Part shown: positions 1-19,912 of the stretch, piece by piece
How positions within the stretch are numbered: position 1 is the first letter of the stretch
How the letters are laid out: the number at the start of each line of letters is the position of its first letter
DNA from: the human T2T-CHM13v2.0 reference genome, Homo sapiens
Length of the DNA: 64,000 nt
Strand: one strand, 5' to 3'
Assembly: GCF_009914755.1 (NCBI RefSeq)
Contig: NC_060937.1
Notes under the pieces: generated by a model
Told to the model about the DNA's origin: nothing
Database searches by the model: none
Seen by the model: the letters and a program-made list of their open reading frames with translations, nothing else
Translations under genes and position numbers: made by a program

Positions 1-1036
1 CCATCATCCAAGTACTGAACATGGTACGCAATAGTTAGTTTGTCAACCCTGTCCCCTTCTCTTCATCCCTCCCCCATGTGGCAGTCCCCAATTTCTATTG
101 TTGTCATCTTTATGTCCATGAGCACCCAATATTTAGCTCTCACTTATAAATTAGAGCATGTGGTATTTGGTTTTCTGTTATGGCATTAATTTGCTTAGGA
201 TATTGGCCTTCAGCTGCATCCATGTTGCTGCAAAGGACATGATTTTGTTCTTTTTTATGGCTGTGTAGTATCCCATGGTGTATATGTACCACATTTTAAA
301 AAATCCAATCCACCATTGATGGGCACCTAGGTTGATTCCATGTCATTGCTATTGACAATAGTACTGCTATGAATACACACATGCATGTGTCCTTTTGGTA
401 GCATGATTTGCTTTCTTTTGGATATATACCCAGTAATGGGATTGTTAGATCAAATGGTAATTATGTTTTAAGTTTTTTGAGAAATGTTCACACTGCTTTC
501 CACAGTGCCTGAACTAATTTATATTCCCACCAACAGCGTATAAGCATTCCACTCCCTTTTTTTTTTTTGACATGAGGCCTTGCTCTATCACCAAGACTGG
601 AGTGCAGTGGCACAATCATGGCTCACTGCAGCCTTAACCTCCCAGGCTTATGTCATCCTCCCACCTCAGCCTCCTGAGTAGCTGGGACCACAGGTGCAAA
701 CCACCACTCTTGGCTAATTTTTAATTTTTTAAAAATGGAGACAAGGTCTCATTACATTGCCTAGGCTGGCCTTGAACTCCTATGCTCAAGCAATCCTCCC
801 TCAGCCTCCCAAAGCATTAGAATTACAGACATAAGTCACCACACTCGGCCCACTTTTCTCTGCAGCCTCACCAACATCTGCTGTTTTTTGACTTTTTAAT
901 AATAGCCATCTGACTGACGTGAGATGGTATCTCATTGTGGTTTTGATTTGCATTTCAGTGACGATTAGTGATGTAGACAATTTTGCGTGTTTCTTGGTCA
1001 AGTGTATGTCTTCTTTTGAGAATTGTCTGTTCATGC
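1..1036 (-). mobile_element. L1 (L1MA/L1PB-like) 3' region, interrupted by an Alu
   Basis: Antisense L1 3'UTR/ORF2-end motifs (catccatgttgctgcaaaggacatgatt, tatacccagtaatgggatt, gagatggtatctcattgtggttttgatttgcattt). ORF 801-1034 resembles the ORF2 C-terminus ([11 protein letters not shown]). Confidence 0.9.
557..851 (-). mobile_element. AluJ
   Basis: Poly-T followed by a full antisense dimer with AluJ-type motifs (atcatggctcactgcagcctt, ctcaagcaatcctccc). Confidence 0.92.
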
Positions 1037-1044
1037 AACAATAG

Positions 1045-1152
1045 CATTCCCCTTTCTAGTGTTGTTGGAGGATTAAATTTTAAAAAATGCCTATAAAGCT
1101 CCGGAAGTGCTGACCACAGAATAAGCATGCAATTAATGTTATCTCTTATAAT
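1045..1152 (+). mobile_element. MIR 3' fragment
   Basis: gttgttggaggattaaat...accacagaataagcatgcaattaatgtta resembles the MIR 3' end. Confidence 0.6.
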
Positions 1153-2721
1153 TATCTGTAAAATGTACAGAATATGCAGGGAATGGGTTTAGAGACTCAT
1201 GCTAACAAGCATTTATAAACACATACAATTATCTTGGTGTTAAGGGAAGGTATCACAGAATGACATCTTTGTCATCTAGTGCCATTGGTTTTGGTCATTA
1301 TTTAAGGTATGACTGAATCACCTGCCCCCTGAGAGTTCTTCCTGGGGAGTCCCTCCTGAAAGTCTTTCTTAGAGATTGTCCCCAGTTGTGAGACAATCTC
1401 TAGATGACTGTCTCCTTTTGCTTTACTATGTTAACCCCTAGTCAGAAACATAATTTCAATGAGACAGATTCCTAGTTTTAGTAGAAAATTAGGGCTTTTT
1501 GAAAACCACTTTAAATACCCAAAGTGAAAAATATCCAAGTGACCTGAAAAAGAAGTCAACATACTTTTCAAAAATCTCAGTTTTTCTCTGTTTACAGAAA
1601 TGGGAAATCTGGCTGCAGAAGATACCTTTTTTCTAAAATGCATAAGCCTATCTTGTAGAATAATTGGATTCATAGCTTAGACCTAGCAGCATTGTTTCCC
1701 TTGGAACAGAAATGGGTGTACTTAAAAGGAAAGTTATATTTGCTAAAAAATAAAGGCTGCTCTAACTCTAGTGGCCCATGAGGACTGAAACACTAGAGCA
1801 CATTTATCATGCTGGTTCTGTGAGGTTGTTCAAGGGCTGAGATGAAATACATTTGGAAAGTTTTGGTGTGTTAGGTGAGCCAGAGCAGGAACTGCATCCC
1901 TAATGCATGTTCTCATTAGGAGAATTGCTTTCTAATTTAAAAACTCACCAGACCATCGCTTCAGTTTCATCCTACAAATTCTACTAGGAGAGTGCATGTT
2001 GCACTAAAGAAGTAGTTTTTCTTTCACTGATTTGAAAACATAATATTTGTTCACTAATGCAAAATGAATCGAGACTTTACCTTTGAATGCTCAGGAGCAT
2101 GTCCATCTTTGAATAAACTGATTTTAACTTTGTTTTAAAGCAAGATGATTTGGGCTCTCATAAAATCATTGGCGATGTGGGGCCGAAGAAATGCTTTCAC
2201 TCCAAAGAAAGTACAACAGCTTCACTTCAGTGAAATTCCAGTAAAACGACCCTTCCAAATGATACAAACTTTAGACTTGTTCTTTGCTTTGAAAAATTTT
2301 TGCAAGAAAAGAAAACCAAGTGAAAAAATTAAGTAAACAGAACTTCAAACACTTTATCTTACATTTTGCTACATGGTTAAGGAGATGGTTGTGTTTGTAA
2401 TGCACAGGGAAGAAAACAGGGCATTTTGATCAACCATGAAAATAATATTCAACAAACCATGTGTTCTTTTAGAGTTTAAAAATTCTGAGACATCTTTTAA
2501 AAGTGAGAATATTTTATTTTAATCATAGTATGCAAAAAGTTCCTAGGTTTTGTAAATTTGGTACTGTGTATTTTTATTTATATCAGAATTAATATAGCCT
2601 AAATTTTATAAGTTCTCTTAATTTTTGCTCTCTCTGGACAAGGATTAGCACTTCTCATCCTCCAAAAATGCACAGGCTTCCTAGACAAGTATCTCTTTGA
2701 GGAGTTGGGTTGCAAAAATAC

Positions 2722-2955
2722 GAAGAATGTTCTAGAATTCGATAGTACACTAGGGAAAATATAGTTAACAATTTATTCTATATTTCAAAATAGCAAGAAA
2801 ATAAAAATTAAGGTGTTCCCACCACAAAGAAAAGATGATGTATGAGGTGATGGATATTCTAATTACCCTAAGTTGGTCATTACACGTTGGATACAGGTAT
2901 CAAAATATCACATGTTCCCTCAAAATATGTACAACTATTATATATCAATTAAAAT
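2722..2955 (+). mobile_element. L1MA 3' terminus
   Basis: atagttaacaat...tatatttcaaaatagc...gaggtgatggatattctaattaccc...aaaatatcacatg...aatatgtacaactattat. Confidence 0.85.
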
Positions 2956-2971
2956 GCCTTAAAATTATTTT

Positions 2972-3414
<443 letters not shown>

Positions 3415-3419
3415 GAATT

Positions 3420-4460
3420 TCAAAGTTTCATACAGTACCATTTACTCTTGTGGTTGGCATAGAGTTCTATGGGTTTTGAAAAATGAATGGAGTCATGTAT
3501 CCAGCATAATACAAACCAGTTTCATCACCTCCAAAATTTCCTCTGCTGCCCCTTAGCAGTCAACTATGCCCTTCTCATACCCCCAAGTCTCTGGCAACAA
3601 CTGATCTGTCCTCTGTTCGTATAGTTTTGCCTTTTCCAGAATCTCATAATAAAGGAATCATATAATACTACATAGCCCTTTGGGTCTGTACTCTTTCAAC
3701 TGGCAAAATGCATTTGAGTCATCCATGTTGGTACATGTATCAGTATTTGGTATCTTATTATTGCCAAGTAGTATTCCATCATACGTATATACCACAGCTT
3801 GATGATGATCCTATCACCTGTTGATGGAAATTTGGGTTGTTTTTTAGTTTTTGACAACCATGAATAAGCTGATTATAAACATTCATGTACAGGCTATTAT
3901 GGGAACATAAGCTTCCATTTTCTTTAGGTAAATTCCTAGGAGTGAGAATCGTTGGGTCCTTTGGTAAGGGTATGTTTAACTTTATAAGAGACTGCCCAAC
4001 TATTTTCCAAGGTTGCTGTACCATTTTGCATTCCTTCTAGAAATTTACCAGAGTTTCAGTTGCTCTGTGTCCTCACCAGCACTTGGCATTGTGAGTTTCT
4101 TTTTATTTTAGCCATTCTAAGAGTACAGTGGCATCTCAACATGGTTTTACCTTGACTTACAATGTTGAACATCTTTCCATGTTCTTATTTTCCTTCTTTG
4201 TATTTTCTGTGGTGAAATATCTGTCCAAGTATTTTGCCCATTTTAATTGAATAATTTACTTCTTTCTGCTGAAGGAAAAGGTGGGGCATTCACAAAATGA
4301 TTAAAGTCCTGGATTTACACATGGAAATGGGGGCTGAAACCAAGGAGGTTCTTTATATATTTTAGATACAAGTCCATTTTCAGTTATGTAATTAGAAAAT
4401 ATTTTTCTCTCAAGGTGTAGTTTACTTTTTTTCCATCCTATTAAAAGTGGCCTTTATAGG
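3420..4460 (-). mobile_element. L1MC/L1MD 3' region
   Basis: gttctatgggttttgaaaaatgaatggagtcatgtatcc, ctggcaacaactgatctg, tatgtttaactttataagagactgcc. Confidence 0.85.
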
Positions 4461-4463
4461 TAA

Positions 4464-4634
<171 letters not shown>

Positions 4635-4654
4635 GTAGAATATCATATAACTAC

Positions 4655-4775
4655 AGAACAGATAGGACTTTAGCTATTGTCTACGGGTATCTAATTTCTT
4701 TATGTTTCAGAAAGAAAAATTAAAACCCCGTCAGGTATAGTGACTCACTCAAAGTCACTTACAGTAATGATCCAA
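4655..4775 (-). mobile_element. MIR fragment
   Basis: tttcagaaagaaaaattaaaaccc...gtgactcactcaaagtcac resembles the antisense MIR core. Confidence 0.5.
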
Positions 4776-4824
4776 GGTCTGCTGTGGCCCCTGCAGAACT
4801 TTCCTCCTGTTTTCCAAGAAATTC

Positions 4825-5012
4825 CACAGTGGGCTATGCAGAACATTATTTCTGTGCATTAGCTGCAAAAACAGGGTCCTGTGGTTATGTATATTGGGAA
4901 ATGCTGTATACCCACTCTCCAGGGCATTTTAAGGAGGTTGCAGGTTTTAAGGAGTCCATGTAAAGGTATTTGTTGCGCTCTGTTTGACCCAGGTTTCCCA
5001 TGTTTATTTGCC
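4825..5012. mobile_element. hAT-Charlie-type DNA transposon remnant (Charlie4z/MER103-like)
   Basis: gggtcctgtggtt...ttgggaaatgctg and tgtttgacccaggtttcccatgtttatttg internal inverted motifs. Confidence 0.45.
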
Positions 5013-5992
5013 TTCTGGATTAGTTTGCCTGAAACCTACTGACATAAACATTACCTGCCTGATGGGCTGTGTCGCATGTCAGAATAGGCTGGGAGTCAAT
5101 GAATCTGCAGACAAGAAACATGAGACCTGGGTGGTTACAGCTCCTGGGCAGGTTTGCAGGGAGAACAAAGCACTCGAAGGCTCACTTCACCAGGCTCTAA
5201 AAACCAGCAAAATTGTTTTCTCAAAATCCAAATAAATAAAAGATTAGTTTTTTTACTCTTATGAAACAGAGACAAAAGATAAGTTTTCTCTTAAGCTAAT
5301 ATTGAGTATATATGTACGAATTACTCAGGTCATAGCCTTATAATTTTGTTAGGTATAGGAAATTGGGGTTGAGTCTGTCCTAATTTCAGGCTATACTCCC
5401 TATATATATGTGCAGACATACATACAAACTTTATTCCCTCTCACTCCATGTCAGAGATGAGTATAAGCAAGATACAGTCCCAGACAGTAAGGAACTCAGA
5501 GTCCCATATGCCTTCTTCTTTTGGAGAAGGGGAGGTAAGAGGGAGTCATAGTTTTCTCGGTTCTAATTCCCACCTAAAAACCTGAGGAATCCAGCTTTTT
5601 GGAGAGCCCAGAGCTCTTCTTGCAAACTAGTCACTGAGTATGAAAGAAACATCTCATTATCAAGCAAGAAGCAATGACAGGATCTGACGCCTTTCTTTGA
5701 AGTTCCCAACTCCCCCCTGCTCTGGCTCAAATCCTGCTGCTGTCCTCCCTGGGTCTCTCATGTGGGTTCTGCTGCCCACTCCTCTGGCAGCAGCTTCTTT
5801 CAGGTGAGCCTCTGGATGGGTCTTCCTGCCAGCGTGCCTTCTGCCCCCTGCCTCCTTCACACTGTGCAGACAGCTGGAGCTCTTCCCAGGCATTGCCAGA
5901 AAGGACTGAAAGTCACCCCTGACTGACTGAAAGAGAGCCCCTGACAAGTTTGTCCTAGGAATAGACAGCTAGATCAATGGCCTTCTCTTCCT

Positions 5993-6170
5993 ACATCTGT
6001 TTGGTTGAGTATCTGCCAGACACTGAGCTAGGTGACAGATACAAGGTAGCTATGAGGCTGTTCTTGTTTTTAAAAAGTTTATGACCTGTGAGGAAGCAGA
6101 TCAGACTTACAGATAATTTAAGTGATCTGGCAAGTGCTACAACAGAGGTCTAAACCGAGTGCTACGGATG
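5993..6170 (-). mobile_element. L2 3' fragment
   Basis: ttgagtatctgccagacactgagctaggtg...agatacaagg...aagtgctacaacagagg. Confidence 0.6.
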
Positions 6171-7506
6171 CTGGCCTTAGTCTAAGGGTTGTAGGAGGAC
6201 ACCTCCTGCCTCCTGTGCAGGTTACTCCGCTGGAACATGGCCCTGCACTGGGACACAGATGGTTTCCGGAAGGCAAGACTTGTTTCCTCAAAGAGAAATA
6301 CATGTCTGATTTGGATTTCCTTTTTCCCTGACTGTCACAGACCCCATACCAATCAAGGATAACATTCTCCTCTCCTCAGGCCTAGTGTTCTTTCAAACCC
6401 TATAACAGGGCGAAATTCTGGCTTCAAAGGATCAATCCAGCTTGTGTCTGAGAGCGGGCAACACTCTGCAGGGGGTTAGCTGTTCCTTCCCTTGAGGCAC
6501 TGGGACAAAAACAGCACTCACTTAGGTATTAACCCTTGCGTGCATTGGCTATTTTTCCTGGCGCACTTCCTTCCCCAGCACAACTCCCAAAAGACCCTAG
6601 TGTGGTTGTTCCCCTCCATCATTCACATTTCTTACTGATGCTGTCTTTGCTTTCTTCTTACTGACTCTAGAGAAGGATATAGTCTTGGATGACATTTTGA
6701 AAATAGAAGAGCCGAGGTTATTAAATGATCATTGCTATCATTCCCACCACCCCTGTCTTCAATATTTCTAAATGTAGAACATTTGAATACCTTGTTTTCT
6801 AACCCATGTGTCATCCATAACAAAAATATGTGTAAAACGGGCATAAACAGGAAGGCAATGGTGAGACTATAGTTTCTCAATGATCATTAAGGAAGATTTT
6901 CCTGCAGTCAAGTTTTAGAATTGTCCCTTTGTCTGACATCCTTTAAGTTTTTGAGTCTGCAGATTTGGGATGCGTGAGGGGTATGGCTTCCCACCACTTT
7001 TATAATTAAGGGGAAAGGCTGCTGTGAGCATAGGAGTGGGGAGGCTGAAGTGGCAAGTCAAGAACTGCATACATGTGGTAATTCAACATCTAGAGACTGA
7101 TGCCTTTAAAACATCTGTATCCATGTATCCATCAACCCTTGGAAAGCCTTAGTTAGAACCTCTACTGAAGCCCATTCATAACATTCAGGGTGGACCAAAC
7201 TCTCCTTCAATATCCTGTATCTCAGGGAACTCATCTTCTCCCTAAGAAGTTTGTTTCACTTTCAGGCTTTTTATTTTTCTTTAGGCTACTGTAATCAGTA
7301 GAAAATATCACAGGAGACCCTTGCCAAGTTAAAAATCAATCAACTGATAAGTCAAATTTGAGTGTTAAATTTTTTAAAAGTGTGGACTTTATATTTGCCA
7401 TTAAATCTTAGCTTTGCTTCTTAAAAACAAAAACAAAAAACAGCACTCGCATTCTCAACCCCAGTCATTTATATTGCCAAGAAAGATTAAATATCATTCA
7501 GTGTAA

Positions 7507-7844
<338 letters not shown>

Positions 7845-7989
7845 TCATCTGGCTAATATTAAATTTTTGTAGAAATGGGTCTTCCTATGTTGCCCAGGCT
7901 GGTCTCGAACTCCTGGGCTTATGTGATCCTCCCAACCTGGACTCCCAAAGTGCTAGAATTATAGGCATGAGTCACCTCCACATCCAGCT
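7845..7989 (-). mobile_element. AluJ left arm plus linker
   Basis: ctggctaat...tttttgtagaaatgggtcttcctatgttgcccaggctggtctcgaactcctgggct. Confidence 0.88.
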
Positions 7990-8100
7990 CCAGCTGTCTT
8001 TTGATTGTTTTTAAAAATAAAGTCTAATCTTAAGAGAGTGACATTAGGGCACCCTGGCTTACCATTGTTCTTCAAATAATGGTTACAATCCTCAGCCCTA

Positions 8101-8465
8101 TATGGTAGATTGTACTATTGTTAGGAAATATCTGCTGTCCCACTCTACCCTGTTGACAGCAGGCTCAACTGCACAATTTACTTTGCCCACTGAAATGAGT
8201 GGAAGTTGCCATCAGCCAGCTCCTAACAGGTGATGTGAAAGCTGTGTGATGCTTCCAACAAGGCTCTTTTCTGTCTGCCTAGGCTGCCATACTCCAGTTA
8301 GCAGTTGTTTTTCAGCCCTTGGCCCTGAATGAAGATATGGGAGAAAGTCACAGTCATCCTCCTATGAACTTGTGACATGAGCGGATCATCCTTGGTTGGT
8401 GTGAAACACTGAGATTCAGGGGATTATTTGTTATCACAGAATAATATCACCTATGCCGATGGGGA
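8101..8465 (+). mobile_element. MLT1 (MLT1J/H-like) MaLR LTR
   Basis: tttactttgcccactgaaatgagtggaag and the 3' end gtgaaacactgagattcaggggattatttgttatcacagaataa. Confidence 0.7.
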
Positions 8466-8544
8466 CAAAGGGCCTAAAAGGTTTTTCCTTCCTTCTTCCC
8501 AAGCATCTCTTCACCACTCCCCTGCTTTTCACCCCCTGCCCCAC

Positions 8545-8720
8545 CCATTCTGATCTTCTCTCTACTTCTTGAAAACTTCAAACTCCTTCATACTTGAGGG
8601 CCCGTATACATGCTGTTCATTCCACCTGGAATCTGCTTTTACTTTATATTTTTGCTGTATTCTACCTCTCCTCCCACTCCCATCACATGGCAAATGCTTA
8701 CTCATTCTTTAGGTCTCAAA
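8545..8720 (+). mobile_element. L2 fragment
   Basis: acatgctgttcattccacctggaat...tggcaaatgcttactcattctttaggtctcaa. Confidence 0.65.
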
Positions 8721-8784
8721 GAAGAAGCTGGCTTTACTTTCTCCAAAGAAACCCCAAAAAGCAACAACAACAACCAAAAAAAGA

Positions 8785-13440
<4,656 letters not shown>

Positions 13441-13449
13441 AAAATAGAG

Positions 13450-13568
13450 AGTCTATAAGCTCCATGAAGTGAGAATTCTGCTTATCTTTTTAATTTTTAT
13501 ATCAAAGTGCCCAGCATAGTGTCTGGCACAGAATAGACATAAAATAAATATTTGAGAGAATAAATGAT
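13450..13568 (+). mobile_element. L2 3' end
   Basis: tataagctccatgaag...gtgcccagcatagtgtctggcacagaatag...aataaatatttg. Confidence 0.8.
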
Positions 13569-13589
13569 GCATGTTGTAGACATTCACTG

Positions 13590-13758
13590 ATTAGCATAAT
13601 GAATAAAAGCATGGATTCTGGAGTCAGATGCATTATTCTGGCACACAAGCTGTGCAAAACTGGGAGAGTAACCTTAGCTGCAACATTAAAAGGGGGAAAA
13701 TATTACTCACCTTTCACAAGTGGTTGTGAGGATTAAATGTGATAATTCACTCATAAGT
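13590..13758 (+). mobile_element. MIR 5' part (3' end resumes at ~16400-16460 after an L1 insertion)
   Basis: agcatggattctggagtcaga...ggttgtgaggattaaatgtgataat. Confidence 0.75.
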
Positions 13759-13764
13759 GAATTA

Positions 13765-16400
<2,636 letters not shown>

Positions 16401-16839
16401 AAACAGCTTGATGCACTGCCTCATACCTTATAAGCACTTAAGAAAAATTAGCCATTAAAATTTTTATTGTAACTTTATTTATAATAGCTGGAAATTACAG
16501 CCAATCTAACCTAAACATGAAAAAAAAGGGAAACTAAACTTAAAAACTAAGGTGTATCCATGTGTTTAAATACTCTAGAATCTCATTCATAAACATGTAA
16601 AGGGGTATTTTGTGGTAGTGGAGAACAGTTAAGTTCAATGCTTGTAGTCAGAAAAACCACAATAAATAGTACGTTTAAAGCTCAATCACCATATTTTTCT
16701 TTCAAGTTTTATAACTCTCCAAAAGCCAAAATACTCAATTTCCCAAACAAGAACACTCCAAACTCACATCAATTCAGAATTACATGTATTTTCATATCTT
16801 AAATCGAATTCATGTCCAAAAGATGAGACTTGGAGTCTG

Positions 16840-17255
16840 ATTCCCACAATTTGTACCTGACTATACCTCTCAAGCTTTATTTCCTGAGGTCTCTACTTCC
16901 CTTCTGTACTACAGTACGTCCTATACATGCTCAACTGCAACCCTTTACTCTTATTCTCCCTTACCAGAAATATCCTCACTTCTTACCCTTATAGCTTATC
17001 CACTGTTGGAGTCCTATGACTTCCTAGGGAAACCTCTTTAATTCCAGCCCCACGCTCTCCCTCTATGTCTACGGCTCTCTAGAGATCTCCCACACTTCTC
17101 ATTCTGTCTGACACTGCAATTATTCCTGCATTGTCTTATTTCCCCTGTTGCCTCAGGGCTGTGACTTACTCATATTTCTAATCTCTAAGGCATCTGGCAA
17201 AGAACTCTGCTTTGATTGTAGTAGGTGTTCAATAAATGTTTATGAAAGTGAGTGG
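16840..17255 (+). mobile_element. L2 3' region
   Basis: Pyrimidine-rich L2 body ending gtaggtgttcaataaatgtttatgaaagtgagtg. Confidence 0.7.
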
Positions 17256-17997
17256 AATTTCTGAAACAGATGGGTAACCTATTCAGATGCCAGGACATAA
17301 ATGCAAACTGTTTCCTGTAGCTTCTGTGTTTAAACAGACAGTACTCTGCTCTCTGCATTGTAGATATTGCCACATGCTTATTCAACGCAACATTCATCAA
17401 ACTATAATGTCAGAGGGACACAAAATGGGCCAACTGGAGATGATTTACAATTTATGGACTAATCACCATTAGTATTTATGACTTTTCACTTCAAATCACC
17501 CTCAATATCCCCTTTTCTCTTTACACTTACACATTCAGAGAGCCCTTCTCATAGTCACATAATATGAGCATTAGATATTAAACACATTAATCAAGTTAAC
17601 TTTCTATGTATGAAATATAAGGGTTATGACCCACAAATTTAAGATAAGAAAAGTTCCTTGGAAGATTGTCTTATTTTTCAGCTCCACAATTGAATAATGA
17701 GAGGTCCCATCAAGGATTAGAAAGCTGAATTTCTTCTCAGATATTACATTTTCATATAGCTGGATGCATACAGACAATATACATACATGACCAGTGGGTC
17801 AAGTTTGCTGGGATGCCAATTTAAAAGGGGTTCCAAAACATTGTATTTAAATGGTGCGGGTTAATTCATGTTTCTGGTGAGATATAAACCGTGTTATTCC
17901 CTTTAAACTAGATAGCATCTCATGGATGAAACAATAATAACAGAAATAACAGTAGTAGAAATAATAATACTCCTCGTTGGCTGACCTACTTCTGGGT

Positions 17998-18307
17998 AAG
18001 TTGCATTGTATAATACACTGATGATGTAAGCAACACCACCAGTCCTGAGACCAGCATGCTGAAATTGGCTCATGTATGTAGCTGCAATCAGCAAAATTCT
18101 GATACCAAATAGAACTTGTTACTGGAGATTAAGTATTTATTTTAACATCTAAAAGGAAAACTTTTAATATGCCTCTCAAGGTATTCTTTGATTTGGAAGC
18201 TAGCAAAAGAAAATGGAAGAGTTTTATTGGCAAAAGAGCCAGGACGAACTTGCAAACATAGTTTGAACAAGATTTTGTACCTATGGACATGTGATCTCCA
18301 CACTCAG
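17998..18307 (+). repeat. Copy 1 of an old ~310-bp local direct duplication
   Basis: Colinear with 19607-19912; shared blocks include gcaacaccaccag, tcagcaaaattctgat, caaatagaactt, tttgaacaaga and catgtgatct. Confidence 0.9.
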
Positions 18308-18339
18308 TGAACATGAGAGATTAGTGCTACAGAAGGGCA

Positions 18340-18597
18340 TGGAGTTCTAGCGACGAAGGTCATGGGCTCTATAGTCAGACCTGCGGCATTCAAATCCCAT
18401 TTCTACGGGTAGGAGCCATTTGTGTCCCTGGGCATGTTTATTAAACCTAAGTGTCAGTTTCATTATTTGGAAATTTGGGATAATAGTGGTGCTTACCACA
18501 CAAGATTGTCATGAGCATGAGATTAGATAAGCAATATAAATAAATCAGTACCCAGCGTATAATAAGCACTCAAGAGATATTAGCCTTTTTTATTATT
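18340..18597 (+). mobile_element. MIR (near full length)
   Basis: catgggctctatagtcagacctg...gtgtcagtttcattatttggaaatttgggataatagt...ataagcactcaa. Confidence 0.85.
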
Positions 18598-19284
18598 CAA
18601 CTATGAGCAATAGGAAAATTATAAAATAAGAGATGACTTCAAATAAGTTAACATGTTATGTTCTGTGCATTTTATATATCTCTGTTTAGGAATGGAAAAG
18701 CAATTTCCCTCTGCCACCGTAAATAAGTGTTAACCAAATATTTAAAGGCTATAGGTTTTTAAAGGCACCCAATTGTTAGCCTTCTTAGGGTACACATTTG
18801 TCTCAGTCCAACCTTGCATGCACTAAATATGGTTCACTGAAAGAATAAATAAATATTAAAGAAAGCTTATCTACAAGGAAAATAACCTGCCAAGACAAAA
18901 CATACTTCTGAACAACTTTGTACTTTAAATCAACTTGTCCTCTAGCCAGCAGGTCATGCCATTTTGTCCACCAGAAATAACTAAAACTCCCCCAAAACAG
19001 TTCCATGTTGTAGATAAATATTTTTTCACTTCGATTCTCACCTGTTTACGGTAAAGAATCTTTTTGGACCCAGGGTTCCCAGCCAAGGTAATCCAGAGAC
19101 AGCTATTTATTTGTTCTGACCTCTTGAAAGATCAGTTGAGAGTTGAGGACAACGTTTATAAGACTCGAACAGAAAAAGAAACAAATTAGACCTGATTATT
19201 ACATTTCCTGTAATATGATGCCCATGTCATCCTGGGGCTGATTCAAGGAAACCCAGGCTTGTTTTAAAAGACTGGAGGACCGGG

Positions 19285-19475
19285 ATGGGTTAAAGCACAC
19301 TCTGGCACCACTTGGCTGTGTGATCTCATACCAGTAACAAACTCTGAGTTTCAACAGTCCACCTGTCAATCCTGGATAGCAATTTTAACTTGCATGTTTA
19401 GTGTGAGGTTTAACTAAGATAATTATGCATGAAAGTGTTGCGGAAACTGTAAAGCTCTTGTAAGTGTCTGTTACT
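19285..19475 (+). mobile_element. MIR (MIRb/c)
   Basis: ccacttggctgtgtgatctc...ctctgagtttc...gtgtgaggtttaactaagataat...aaactgtaaagc. Confidence 0.7.
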
Positions 19476-19606
19476 CTTGGAGAGAAAACAGTTCTCTGTT
19501 CCTTTTCTCTCATCTTCCAACTCCCATACTCACACATACACACAAACATACTTGCTCCAAACTTTGTCAAGGCCATAAACACCTTCATTACCACCCACTG
19601 GTGCAC

Positions 19607-19912
19607 AAGTTGCATTGTATACCTATAGGCAACACCACCAGCCCTGAGACCTGCATGCCAACAATTGACTCATGCATGTAGTTATAGTCAGCAAAATTCT
19701 GATGGCAAATAGAACTTAATGCCGTTACTGAAGATAAGATATTTTAATTTCTAAAATGGAAAACTTTCAATATACCTCCCAGGGTTCTCTTTGATTCAGA
19801 AGCTAGCCAAGGAAATTAGAAGAGAGTTTTACTAGCAAAAGAACCAAAAATAACTTGTAAATATATTTTGAACAAGACTTTCAATCTATAATCATGTGAT
19901 CTCTACACTTAG
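19607..19912 (+). repeat. Copy 2 of an old ~310-bp local direct duplication
   Basis: Colinear with 17998-18307. Confidence 0.9.

Noticed and set aside
5660-5947. 95-aa GC-rich minus-strand ORF
   Set aside because: It has a non-ATG start, no recognisable homology and no convincing splice sites.
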